Below, piece after piece: positions 13,331-26,700 of a stretch of 64,000 nucleotides of DNA. Positions within the stretch are counted from its first letter, which is position 1; the number at the start of each line of letters is the position of its first letter. The notes under the pieces are model-generated. The model did no database searches and was not told the origin of the DNA. It worked only from the letters and a program-made list of their open reading frames with translations. Location: contig NC_042997.1 of assembly GCF_006345805.1 (NCBI RefSeq), forward strand, positions 109,058,001 through 109,122,000. The letters run 5' to 3'. The position numbers were made by a program, and so were the translations under genes. The DNA comes from Octopus sinensis (taxonomy: Eukaryota).

Positions 13331-13364
<34 letters not shown>

Positions 13365-14199
13365 CACATATATATATGTATGTATTTATGTATATATCCA
13401 CATACTAAGAAGTTTGATCTTTCAATTACGGCAGCTGGTATTGCCAGGAAAATATTAACATTCGAAGAAGAAAAAAAATCACCCATAGAAAGAATATTAG
13501 AGAGGATATAACTGCATGTGTGTGTGTGTGTGCGCGCGTGTATTCAATCTATCTACGCCTCTGTCTACATACATATACATAGAACGATATATATTTACAC
13601 ATGTACATGTGTATGTAAGTTTGCCAATATTTTATGTAGATACAAACAGTCGGAGAGGGTGAGGTGCGACGAAAGATCGGAAGGAACCAAACAGCAGAAA
13701 ATCACAGAAGACTGAAGGGGAACAAGAATATAATATGGAATTCCATGTGGAATATGAGAAAGACATGTTTGGCAAAACAGCGGGAATGAGCGTCACGTAG
13801 AGGAGAGAGAGAGAAGAGAGAGAGAGAGAGAGTGAGAGAGTGAGAGAGATAGATAGAGAGAGAGAGAGAGAGAGAGTGAGAGAGAGAGATTGGGGGAAGT
13901 TATTGATAATACAAAATGCTGATATGTAAGAAAGTAGAAGGTATGTTGGGGGGGGGTGAATAAGGGTAACATATGACTGGATGGGTGTATATAGAGTGTG
14001 CGGGGGAACACTTGACACGGATGCACGCGCACGCACACAAACACACATACATACAAACATACACATACATGTATACATAAGTGTTTATTGGTTACATAAG
14101 CAAGAGTTACTATCAAATAGTTACGAGATGCGTTAGTACTAAATATAATCAGCTGACACTGATTAACTATGCGTGCTAATACATAACACTAATTAATGA

Positions 14200-14223
14200 A
14201 ATATACACACATACATACATACA

Positions 14224-14254
<31 letters not shown>

Positions 14255-14615
14255 CATACAAACATACATACATACATAAACATACATACATGCATACATG
14301 CATACATACAAACATAGATACATACATACATACATACATAAACATAAATGCATACATACATACATACATAAACATACATACATAAACATACATACATACA
14401 TACAAACATAGATACATACATAAACATACATACATACATACATACATACAAACATAGATACATACATACAAACATACATACATACATACATAAACATACA
14501 TGCATACATACATACATACATACATACATACATACATACATACATACATACATACATACATACATAAACATACATACATACATACATACATACATACATA
14601 AGCATACATATACAC
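14200..14615. repeat. (CATA)n tetranucleotide array with interspersed variant units
   Basis: Read directly; the variant block ACAAACATAGATACA recurs three times. Confidence 0.95.
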
Positions 14616-15399
14616 ACATATTTATTATCAGTCGTCAGTACTCTTCGTGCATTATACATACGTATGTACATATGTATGAATAGACATGTGTATGAGGGTG
14701 TGTGGAATTATGGCTGAGTGTTCAAGATGCTTGCTTTGCAATCCCGGTATCATGTGGATCGGACTCCTTGCAGATATCTTGAAAAACTATCCCAAAAAAC
14801 ATCATAGCATTCCGTGAATAGCTTGTGGGCATTCAGTAAACTCACCTTTTTTTCTACTGCGAGTGTATTGATTGTGTAAACATACGTCTCTAAGCGTTTG
14901 TATACAAAGTGATAAGTACACTAAAACATGTGTGTGTAAGTGTATCCGTGTATATTTTGGATTCGGTTGTTGGTTTGCTTTCAGTTTGACAGGAAGTTGA
15001 ACAGTCAGCTGTTCTTGGGAACAGGTGTGTACGGGAAGTTGTGTTCTGCTCGCAACGGTGTGCCTAGAACAGGGTGTATTGTATAGACTACAAGGTATGT
15101 AAAGAAAAAAACAAACAAATAATTTGGCACTAATTAAATACGTGTGCTGATAAATAACACTAATTGCTGATTGATTAAAAACAGTTCAGTTAAATTGATT
15201 AATTCACATGCCAAGTGAGTGAGAGTGCGCGTGGTTGTTTCACCCCCATTCACGAAACGCAGTGTACTCTTTCATAGGAGATAGTTTCAGGCAGCACCAA
15301 CTCGGTGTTGTCTAACAGCGAATAGCGGCGATTTCGTTTTTATAGCCGCGATGAAGAACATCAAATACCATTGAAGAAATACCATAAACCTCCTTTTAA

Positions 15400-16020
15400 T
15401 AAACTTTTCAGTTATCACATAAAATGGGAAGCTTTGTTGTAAATGGCAATCAACTCTTGCTTCCGAATATGACTTTAGAAGATGAAACCTTTTAGATTAT
15501 CTCCCAAAATGGGTTTACCTGCAAACACGACAGAAGAATATTTGCGAATAATATGGCGCATCAAAACCTAAGGCCTAATTTGAGACAATCGCTCAAGCTT
15601 GTCAGAAACTTAGACTTATCACCTACAGCATTATAAACGCAGGTACAAAACATTCGTCGCTTTGCATGGAATAGAAAACAGCACATAGACCTTATCGCAC
15701 ATAGACCTTACAAAACTGCTGAGGACCTTAACAAAAATTTTTTATTTACTCCCAAGTTTCGACTCCACTATCGTCAAGATTATAAACGCCACTGCATTGA
15801 TTCGATATGGCTGCAACGCCAGTGTCATCATGTTATTCTATAGCTTTGAAAATAAAGTGCAATGAGATTTATTCAATTCAATATAATGGAATTATTCTCA
15901 TCTAATTTAAATAATTTACTTGATTGCCTGGAATTTGGGAAAACAATTTGGTTCAACCCACCCTACAACATGAACATCAACATCAACACAATAATAATTT
16001 CATGCCCCCTCTTAAGCAAA
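15400..16020 (+). mobile_element. ancient Penelope-like RT fragment
   Basis: IWFNPPYNMNI (ORF 15862-16044) matches the WFNPPY..V.TN motif of Penelope elements; MGSF lies upstream near 15403. Heavily decayed. Confidence 0.55.
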
Positions 16021-16427
16021 CGTTTATCAAGCATACATGAATAGGAACAGCTTTCAGCATGAGTGGATGGTGGAGGTGCCTGGTGGCAGTGTGGCTTCAG
16101 AGGAAGAGAAAAAGAAACGGAAAATAATTATCATTAGGGAAAGCAGTGAGCATTAATTTAAAGTTGTAAACTCGGAAATAAAAAAAAATCGATCGGCTTC
16201 GTTTAATAGGAAAAACAAAACTGCAATGAATTTATTTACATAATATCTTTCTCTGTTGTTTTAAAACTATCTTAGAAGGATCCATCAGATATCGAACGCC
16301 GAAACTGTAAATTGCTGACCTATTGATTAATGTGTTCATTACAAACGTGTCTCTACACACACCAACACTCTCATCTATATACATAATAAACACACCACGT
16401 GTGTATATATATGTGTGTGTGTGTTTT

Positions 16428-16460
<33 letters not shown>

Positions 16461-16924
16461 ATATATATATATATATATATACAGACACACATACACACCT
16501 ATATGTATATAGGTGTGTGTATATATATATATGTGTGTGTATATATGTCTGTGTGTGTGTACTTATAAACACACGCACATTAATACATGTTTGTGTTGGT
16601 GTGCACGTGTGTGTTAAATGTGACACTGGTTTATATATATTTCTAGAGATGTTTATCAACTGATAATCGATAAGCTGTAAAGATAATCGATTTGCTGTAA
16701 AGATGTAATACTTTGTTTTTATTCTTTCCTTCCTGTATTTTTCCATGTCGCCCCCCCCCCAACATCCCCGCATTCCTTAGAACTCTGATTTCTTTAATCC
16801 ATCCTCGACTGCGTAAACAATCTCTGAGAGACAATCGCTATCAATAAGCGATTAGAAATCCATTCCTTAACTGTTTCACTTCGTTACATGATTTCATTCG
16901 CGGCCAGATTGCGAAAAGACAAAA

Positions 16925-17004
16925 GCTACTACTACTACACTACTACTACTACTACTACTATTGATGATGATGATGATGATGATGATGGTAATGATGATAA
17001 TAAA

Positions 17005-17036
<32 letters not shown>

Positions 17037-17340
17037 GAAGAAGAAGGAGGAGGAGGAGGAGGGGAAGAAGAAGAAGAAGAAGAAGAAGGAGAGGAGCAGA
17101 AGAGAAGAAGAAGAAGAAGAAGAAGAAGGGGGGGAGGAGGAGGAGGAGGAGAGGAGAAGAGAGAAGAAGAAGAAGAAGGAAGGAGCAGAAGAAGAGAAGA
17201 AGAAAAGAAGAAGAAGAAGGGGGAGGAGGAGGAGGAGAGGGGAGGAGGAGAAGAAGGAGAAGAAGAAGAAGAAGGAGAGGAGGTCAGAAAAGAAAGAAGA
17301 AGAAGAAAGAGAAGAGAAAGAAGCAGAAGAAGATAGAAGT
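16925..17340. repeat. compound trinucleotide microsatellite (CTA)(GAT)(AAT)(GAA/GAG)
   Basis: Read directly; produces the poly-K/E/R ORFs. Confidence 0.95.
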
Positions 17341-17759
17341 TTTTTTGTCAATGAAATCAAGAATGCTCATTAAACTGGCTGCCATTAAATTCTTTTTTTT
17401 TAAGAATCCCCACTTCTTCCTTTCTTCGATTCCGTATTTAATTCATTGTTTAATGATTCAAGTATCATAGGAGTCTTTTGGCCCCTTTACAATCTTCTCT
17501 ATTCCCGTCCTTATAATCTTTCCCTGTATTCTAAACGAGATGATGAGATAACCAATGACATTATGTAAGGCGGGAAAGGAAGAAAAAGAAAAGGATGCAT
17601 TTCCTTCGTTCTTCTCGCCCTCTTTTTTCTTTTGCTTTGTTATTTGAAAGGGATACTTTTGACGTCAGCAGGAAATTTCTAACAGGCAAGCTGTACCCCA
17701 TTTAATACTATCTATTATGTATACATATACATCGATTTCCCCTACCTTTTTTCGCTATC

Positions 17760-17766
17760 ATCATCA

Positions 17767-17840
<74 letters not shown>
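17760..17840. repeat. (CAT)n(TAT)n tract at the 3' end of the R4/Dong-like element
   Basis: Read directly. Confidence 0.95.
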
Positions 17841-18620
17841 GACTTTGCACAACTTCTGACACTGGAGGTGTACTACAGTGTCAGCTGTTCACTACCAGTG
17901 AACTAAGGTAACACCTCTAATTTTCCGAGCACATTCCAAAGTATTCGAGCGGTTCCAAGCAGTGCTGTTTTCTGCAAGTGCCCCAACTTATTACAGCCTC
18001 CATTTGGTTCACGTACTTCTCGAGTTTTAATCACTGTTCCCTGGGCTCCGACAATTATTGTAATACTGCGCGACCTTTTCTTCGACCACAACTGCTTAAC
18101 TTCCCAAGCTAACCTGTCATATCTCTCGACGTTTCTTTCTTCCTTATCGCATACTTGTTGTCAGCTGGGCATGCTAATCGATGATCCCGCATAGCTTGTT
18201 TCCTTTCTCAATGAAGACTATGTCTGGCTTCCTATTCTCTATTCATGGTCGCACTGAATCATTAAAATCCATAGGATCTTTGCACTTCTATTTCGGACGA
18301 GCCTTCAGGTTTGCGGTCGTACCAATTTTGCTCTGTCCAGGTCCCTAATTGTTGCAAAGTGTCCATGACCAAAGGGCTATATTGTCGTGGCATATTATTT
18401 CCTTAGCAGGGGATACATTGTTGGGTAATATGCCATTACGGTTTCACCATTTTGTCACAGATTCTGCACTTTCACTTTCTGCTCTGTTATCTATTCGTAT
18501 TTACGTAGTTGGTTCTTAGTGGCTTGCTTTGGGAAGCAAATTAGAGGCCTCCGCTTCCGTTTAATCATTTTAGTAGCACACAGCATCTTGTTCTCTGTCT
18601 TGTCGTGTCTTCAACATCTC
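17841..18620 (-). mobile_element. R4/Dong-like non-LTR retrotransposon 3' end (CCHC finger plus restriction-like endonuclease), degenerate
   Basis: With frameshifts: LRTNY, CRICD..GETV.HI (CCHC region), RKPDIV..IID (PD-D/ExK), IIVGAQGTV and HLQKTALLGTARIL. Confidence 0.85.
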
Positions 18621-19051
18621 TATGAGGCTGGGAGATGTGTATGGAGATGTGTGAGCGGTGATATGCATTGGTGTAATGTGTGTAGCATATATGTATGCAT
18701 AGGTAGTATGTTTGAAAGTGTAGATGCTTTTATGTGTAAGTGCGTTTTGTGGTATGTGTGTGCGTGTCTGTGTTTCGGCATGTGTATGTAAGAGTGGTTG
18801 TTGGCATTTGTGTGTGTAAGTGAATTTGGTGGTGTAGAGGTAGTGTAGTGAATGCATATGTAGGTGGTGGTGTATCTGTGTTAATATGTATTGTGTTTAT
18901 GTGCGTATAATAATGTAGGAAGTGGTATATATGTGTAAGTTTGTGTGTGTACGCGTGTGTATGTGTGTGTTGTGTGTGATTAATGGCGATATGTGTATGT
19001 CAGTGTAACCGCAGTAATTGTAAGTGTAAATTTGGTTTGTGAAAGGGTGTA

Positions 19052-20029
19052 CGAGGTCTGATCAATAAGTATCCGGACCGGTGCTATTAAAAACAAAACG
19101 GCAGCACGTACCAATTTGGCATTGAATCTCCTTCAAAGTAGTCCCCCTCGGAAGCCACACACTTAACCCAGCGCTGTTTCCATCGATGGAAGCATTCCTG
19201 GAACTCGCACACACATACACACACGCACACACACAAACTCACACATATAAACCACTTCCTACATTATACGCACATAAACACAACACATATTAACACAGAT
19301 ACACCACCACCTACATATGCATTCACTACACTACCTCCACACCACCAAATTCACTTACACACACAAATGCCAACAACCACTCTTACATACACATGCCGAA
19401 ACACAGACACGCACACACATACCACAAAACACACTTACACATAAAGCATCAACACCTGCCTCGTCGCATTCACTTTAATTTCCTCGACATCCAAAAACTG
19501 CTGCACGACCTGCGCTGAGTGGGCAGGTGCGCGGTCAGCTCAATGCAGTTTTGGTACGAACTTGGCAGACTTGCATCTCATACCCAAAATCCTCAGTGAT
19601 AATGGACTGAACTGAACCATAACTAATCTGCACATTTTTTGATAACTCACGGATGGCGATTCGACGATTTCTTCTCACACAATTCACGAACAACTGCGAC
19701 GTTTTTCTCTGTTGGTTGCGGGTCGGCTCATATACCCCTTCCATACAGTTTCTGCAAATTTGTGTTGGCCTCTGAGCAGGTATCACCAGGCTTCTGGCAA
19801 AATTTGATGCAGATTCTGTGCTCAGCTTTCTCTGTCATGGTCAATGCGACGGTCACGCTACACACGTTACTTCCAAGCACTACTGTAAACATCGGAAGTG
19901 ACCCAGAACGTTAAAAGTTAGTGTTCATGCACACAGCGTTCAAGGTCAATCTGTGCCAAGCGGCTTCACTCTGCGTGCTTTAGCTTCGTTACTATGGCAA
20001 CAGTCCGAATACTTTTTGAACAAACCACA
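19052..20029 (-). mobile_element. internally deleted mariner carrying a 249-bp captured insert
   Basis: TIRs: (TA)CGAGGTCTGATCAATAAGTATCCGGAC versus the reverse complement of the right end, (TA)TGTGGTTTGTTCAAAAAGTATTCGGAC. Transposase remnants RRNRRIAIRELS..ISYGSVQSIITED, KFVPKL and EFQECFHRWKQRWVKCVASEGDYFEG. Confidence 0.88.
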
Positions 20030-21869
20030 TAAACACTTGAAGTAACCAATGTGTATGTGTGTAAAAGTGAGTAGTTATGTGTATGTGTGTATATGTGCTG
20101 AGTGGCGCGTGTATGTAAGTGTCGGTGGTGTATTGTAAGTGTAAGTATATTTAGCGGTGTGCATGTTTAAGTGTGGGTGTCAGTGGTCGAATATGTAAGT
20201 GTGGTTGTGTGGCGTAGGTAGTGGTGGTCTGTGTGTAAGTGTAGAAGCGTGTGAGGAAAGGCTTGTGTGTGCGTGTGTGTGTGTGTGCATAGGTGTGATG
20301 CAACATGCATGCGTAAATGCGTTAACTGATAGAAATGGCGGAATGCGCGTATGTTTATGAGATATTTTAGTTTTTTTCTTTTCCTCAAACAAAATTCTTA
20401 GTGACAGAAAATGTCGACATAAATCTCAAGAATTGCAGGAAAATAATACTTTCACTGAAAGGTATTATTAGCTCAGAATGCCTGCTTACCATTTCAGGGA
20501 TGTCTTTAGAGATAGCAGTTAGGGTTTCGATTTTTTTTCCCACCTTCATCCAGCTTGCATATAATTGTGTGTGTATGCAGAGATATATGAAGAAATGAGT
20601 GAAAGAAAGAAAGCGAATGAATTTTGGCCTTTACAAAGTATTTTACATTCGTTAAAAAAATTGAATTCATAAACTGTGGCCATACCTATAATCTTGCAAT
20701 GGATTTCGAATAACGAGCCTCCATTTGCAGAAACAGATATATCAACAATTCTCAAATCATCTTTAAAATGGTGTATTATCTTCAGCTTCATTATTCACGT
20801 TCTACCTCGATAATTCACTCCTACCCTCGCCCTCTGCCTTGCACACACATCGCCATGTGTAATCTCATGCGAGTGTGTATGAACATCTCTCTTCCTCTCC
20901 CTCTCCCCTCTCTCTCTCTATGTTTGTCTGTCCGTCTATCTAAAACGCATTTCTCACACAGATACACAACGCAGGTACACACAGACACACACACACGCAC
21001 ACACATACACACACGTATACGCACACACGCATACGCACACACTGGCATATGCGGACACACAATGAACAATGTTCATAGAAGGGAAATACAAAATGTACAA
21101 AAAGTATCGCACACGCACTATGATAAACATACACACCCATAAACACACACAGGCATCATTAGATATAACCAGAATCATCGGGAGAAAGAGAGAGAGAGAA
21201 AGAAAGAGAGAGAGAGAGAGAGGGGGAGAGAGAGACTTGCTCGGGATATACCTGACACGTCAACCATAAGTCACGCTACGGTCTTACAATACGAAAAAGA
21301 TGTGACCTTCAGAGGGTTTTAGAAACACAAAAATGCGAGATGGTCAAAAGTGGAGCGTCTTGCTCATAACTCTGGTTAGATAGGAATGAAACAGGGCGAA
21401 ACAAGCATCAACAGCAATACAACGGCAACAGCAGAAGCAGCAACATCACCACAACAACCACCACCACCACCAACAACAACAACATAATGACGATCAAAGA
21501 ATTAGTTACTCGTTCATTCCCTATTCTATAAATGTAATATGACCTACACATCGAGACATAATATTAAGAGACACGTTAAGAGACATGTTTTTTAAGCGCT
21601 ATTTAAACCCCCTCAGCGTTCAGTTTAATCTGTCAATGAAATATTTATTGACATTTTTTTGAATTCATCCTGCAATATTTCGTAGCTTTGAGATTCCGAT
21701 GATGTGACCGTTTATCTTTAGAAAGACATTGTTGGATAGGTGTGAAAGGATGGATCTGTGCAGTTTGAAGATCATCATCATCATCGACGACGTCGTCGTC
21801 GTCGTCATCAATCTCATCACGCCAGAAATGATTATGATAATTAACGTTTTTCTCTCTCCATTGCATCCC

Positions 21870-22730
21870 TATCCGAGTGGCAGGTGTTGCGGTTGTATGG
21901 AGTAGATGATAAATTGATGAGAGCTGCACGGAGTTTTTATAGAGAAAGCAGGGCGTGCGTTAGGGTGGATGGTGAAGTAAGTGAGTGGTTTGATGTGAAG
22001 GTGGGGTTAAGACATGGTTGTGTGATGTCCCCGTGGCTGTTTAATTTATATATGGATGGTGTCGTAAGAAAGATGAATGCTAGAAGCTTTGGTAGGGGAG
22101 CCCAAACGGTGGGAGAAATGGAGAGCACTGGTGGCGGATTCGGAAGAGCAACTGAGGAGACTGGTGGTAGAGTTTGGAAGAGTGTGTGAGAGGAGGAATC
22201 TGGAAGTGAATGTAGTTAAGACTAAGGTGATGAGATGTTCAAGAGATGGAACGGCTGGTAGAATAGATGTGAGTATAAATGGTGAGATGTTAGAGGAGGT
22301 GAGGGTTTTTAAGTATCTGGGATCACATGTGACGGCAGATGGAGGGTTGGTTGACGAAGTGGGATACAGAGTAAAGGAGGGGAGTAAGATACTTGGAGTT
22401 GTGAAAGGTATGCTGAGAGATAAAAGGTCGAGCATGAAAGCAAAAAGAGGTGTGTATGAGGGTATGATTGTGCCGACAATGTTATATGGTGCAGGGACGT
22501 GAGGGATGAGGGAGGCGGAAAGGAGGTGACTAGATGTGCTTGAGATGAGATGTTTGAGTGCTATGGTTGGTGTGGCACGGTTGGACAGGATTAGAATGAG
22601 GAGGTGCGAAGACAGCAGGAATGAAAGAAAAACTAACAACCAAAATGAATAGATGAATGTTGAGGTGGTTTGGCCACATGGAGAGGATGGATGAGGAGCG
22701 GATGGTAAGGAGGGTGATGAATATTTGAAT
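21870..22730 (+). mobile_element. RTE-clade LINE, RT 3' half, degenerate
   Basis: GLRHGCVMSPWLFNLYMDGVV, ALVADSEEQL, FKYLGS and VPTMLYG. The segment that should carry the (F/Y)ADD motif near 22110 is deleted. Confidence 0.88.
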
Positions 22731-23149
22731 AAATTTACTCCATAATCGAAACTGCATTTACTGCGGTCAGGTCTTAACGCATTGCACGTGGGTATAAAAG
22801 AAAGATGTGATTTCTACTTGGCAGTATATTTTACGAGTGTGGATAGGTATTGGTTACGCGATGTTGCCGATCGCATGCATATTTTGGGATACTCGTAAAT
22901 CTATGCTATGGAATACTGTCGCTGATGAGAACAGTAAGTAAAACATTTTTTACTTTAAGCGTGGAACATGATCTTCTACGCAGTTAACCGAAACTTGTTG
23001 ATTCATTACTTTTCTTTTGCTCGCCTACAATATAGTGTGTTATTCTCAGAGATTTTAAGGTAGTAATAGGGGCTTTAGTGTCTATTTCTTGCAGTACGTG
23101 GTGAGGGGTAAAGCCGATCCCTAGTTATAATTATTATATAATTATAAAA

Positions 23150-23193
<44 letters not shown>

Positions 23194-23234
23194 TTTTATT
23201 ATTATATACATATATATATATATATATGTGTGTC

Positions 23235-23885
<651 letters not shown>

Positions 23886-23894
23886 GCCTCATTA

Positions 23895-23975
23895 TTCAGT
23901 CGGTCTAGGAATTGAAACCACCATCTCGCGATCGTGAGCGCCACACCTAAAAACACAAGGCCATGCGCCCGCTTT
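23895..23975 (-). mobile_element. tRNA-like SINE head fragment
   Basis: Minus strand GCGCATGGCCTTGTG..CACGATCGCGAGATGGTGGTTTCAATTCC has A-box-like and B-box-like motifs. Confidence 0.6.
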
Positions 23976-24919
23976 TAGAATAAACCCCTAAGGAACAGCT
24001 GACGATCTTCCGATAGAAGCTTCGTAATCTTCGAAAATGAGGGAAACGTGTTGTTTAATAAAAGACACAACAAAGAGTTTGTAACAAAAACGAACTCACA
24101 ATCCATGTGTTGCTGATACGATACTTTAGTCACTGAGTGATATAATGCTTCATTTAGATGTTAGTACAGACAGTTGAGTAGATAGTATATTAGGCATCAA
24201 ACCGGGAGTTTGGGAGTTCACATCCTGTGTGTGGCCAAAACAATAGACAGTCGATTGTTACATCGTAGGCTGTAATCGTTGATGGAAACCGCAGCGTCAT
24301 GAGAAAATTGACGAGTGCTTCATTACTTCTCCCTTATGATCAACCGTCGCCCCCTCTGGGCCTTTGAAGGGGTAACGGACTATGATGAAGCGAAAGCCTT
24401 CTAGTATTTCATCGATGACGTCACGATTCGCCTTGGAAATATATTTGGATATTGTCTTTATTTACAGTGCATGCGTGTGTATGTGTTCATGTGTGTGTAT
24501 GCATGTGTGTGCTTGCATGTGTATGAAACAGTGTGCAAGACTGCCGTTTGTGGAATACATCATTCACAGCCATTTAATACTAAGGGGATAATTTTCACTA
24601 AAACAAGGGATTCCACATAAACTATATTTAGAAAGGTTAAACGATATCACTTTGCGGATTTTCGCATCTGGGAGTTTTCAGCAACAAAATTGCCAATTAA
24701 AATATATTTATAACAGCTTACTACGGTTAATTAGCATGCATTTGGAATGAAACGAAAATGAAGGAATGAGATACAAATTGAAATTCAGTATGATGTGTGA
24801 CTGAATAATGTGTGTTTGTATGTGTGTGTGTATGCGCGTGTATGTGTGTGTGTCCACGCCATCTTGAAGACACACATGTCTTACATCATATACAACCTCG
24901 AAGAGATGGAAGCTCGCAA

Positions 24920-24968
<49 letters not shown>

Positions 24969-25183
24969 TATATGTGTGTGTGTGTGTGTGAGTGTATGCA
25001 TGCATGACTAGTATGCCGCAATATATATATATATATACATACACAAACATACACACTTGCTCATTTACATTCAGAGACACACGGATACAGAGGCGCATTC
25101 ATCCATCTGCACATACATTAAATGAGTCGGCATAAATAAAGCTGTAATTATTATTTTGCCTTTCTCGTCTCAGAAACCCGCAC

Positions 25184-25229
<46 letters not shown>

Positions 25230-25835
25230 TATATGTATATCCTGTAGCTAGGTGCATTAATATAATTTGTGATTAAGTTTCTCAATGAAAGACATAATGA
25301 AACCTCCACAACGGACAGAAACTCCATTTGTGTATCTGCGCATCTAATCTCTGAAATAACGTTCATTTGCCATTCGAGAAAAGCATTCAATTATCATCCT
25401 GAACATTCGAATTCATTTAACTCCATATTTTCTAACTAATATATAGCATTAGCATCGCCAGCAGATAGTTTTACTCTTGTAGCCTTTCAACTCTAAGTTG
25501 TTTTCATAGCTGTATGCTATTATATCTGTCACGTGAACGCCCCCCCCCCACCACATACACATACACACACATGCACACAATTATATATTCGCATTAAGTA
25601 ATGAAGTTACCTTTTCTACATGGTCTCACTGTCTGCTCGAAATAGCAGCCTAATCTCTCTTAAATCGAACGTTGCCATCTAAAAAAAAAAGGAAGGACGC
25701 ATTGGAACAATATATACTATGAATCAACAGTCTTCATATTCGATGTCTCCCCAGTGTTACTGCTGGACTCTATTCCTTTCGACTCTTCCAGCTGCACGGA
25801 CGGAAGCTGGCTTCCGCTTGCTATCTGCTCAAATG

Positions 25836-26054
25836 TATTTCACTACTGCCCACAAGGGGGTAAACACAGAGAGGACAAACGGATTATGTCGATTACATCG
25901 ACCCTAGGGCGTAACTGGTACTTAATTTATCGATCCCGAAAGGATGAAAGGCAAAGTCGACCTCGGCGGAATTTGAACTCAGAACGTAACGGCAGACGAA
26001 ATACAGCTACGCATTTCGCCCGGCGTGCTAACGAGTCTGCCAGCTCGCCGCCTT
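25836..26054 (-). mobile_element. SINE family C monomer with 14-bp TSD
   Basis: Head AAGGCGGCGAGCTGGCAG, tail ending GTAGTGAAATA. TATCTGCTCAAATG at 25822-25835 and 26079-26092. Confidence 0.9.
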
Positions 26055-26229
26055 GCTCAAATGGCGTCTCAAATGGCGTATCTGCTCAAATGGCTTCTCG
26101 TCAAAGACTTTCGGAAGATACTGAATCAATTCCTGCTATCCCCGCCTGCCGCAGAATGCAATCCAACGTGGGGTAGTTGCCGCCATAGTATTCAATCTTT
26201 GGCAAGATTTTACAGGGAAAGTGTACGAA

Positions 26230-26700
26230 GACCTGTTCGCATGTTGTAATGTTATCTCTCCATCTCGAGTTGGCGACCTCTGTTTCTCTTTCCATTGACC
26301 ACGCCCTCCGGACAGATCTTGCTGATGCTAGAAACAACTCGCTTAGTGTGGCCAAGCAGTTGATGTACTTTAGCTATGATGACAGATGTGATTGGTAGTA
26401 ATTTGGTTATTTATCTTAGATAATCAATTCTGACATAGTCTGAGAGTTTGGTGTCAGTGATAAGTCGCTTTACATGACTTTGTTTCTGTAGTGCAACAGA
26501 AGTCCATTTGGCACATTTTAGACCGTATAAAACGATTGGAAGAAAATAGGTGTTGTAGATGCTAGAATTAATGTGGTATGGCATCCTTTTTGAAGGAAAT
26601 GTAATATCATTCTTTTTGTGAAGGGTTACTAAATAACTAATATGACAACACCTGGGAGCAGGGCCTTGAAACTTGAGTAAAATCGGCGACAGAATCATAT
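26230..26700 (-). mobile_element. RTE-clade LINE 3' fragment
   Basis: IYNTYFLPIVLYGL, KLSDYVRIDYLR and RWRDNI near the C-terminus. Confidence 0.65.

Noticed and set aside
16888-17470. Charged poly-D/N/K/E ORFs
   Set aside because: Compound triplet microsatellite, open in several frames on both strands.
18836-18951. Four A/G differences between the inverted arms, suggestive of an editing footprint
   Set aside because: Too few sites. TG/TA interconversion is common in such repeats, and a DNA-level copy would not record RNA editing.
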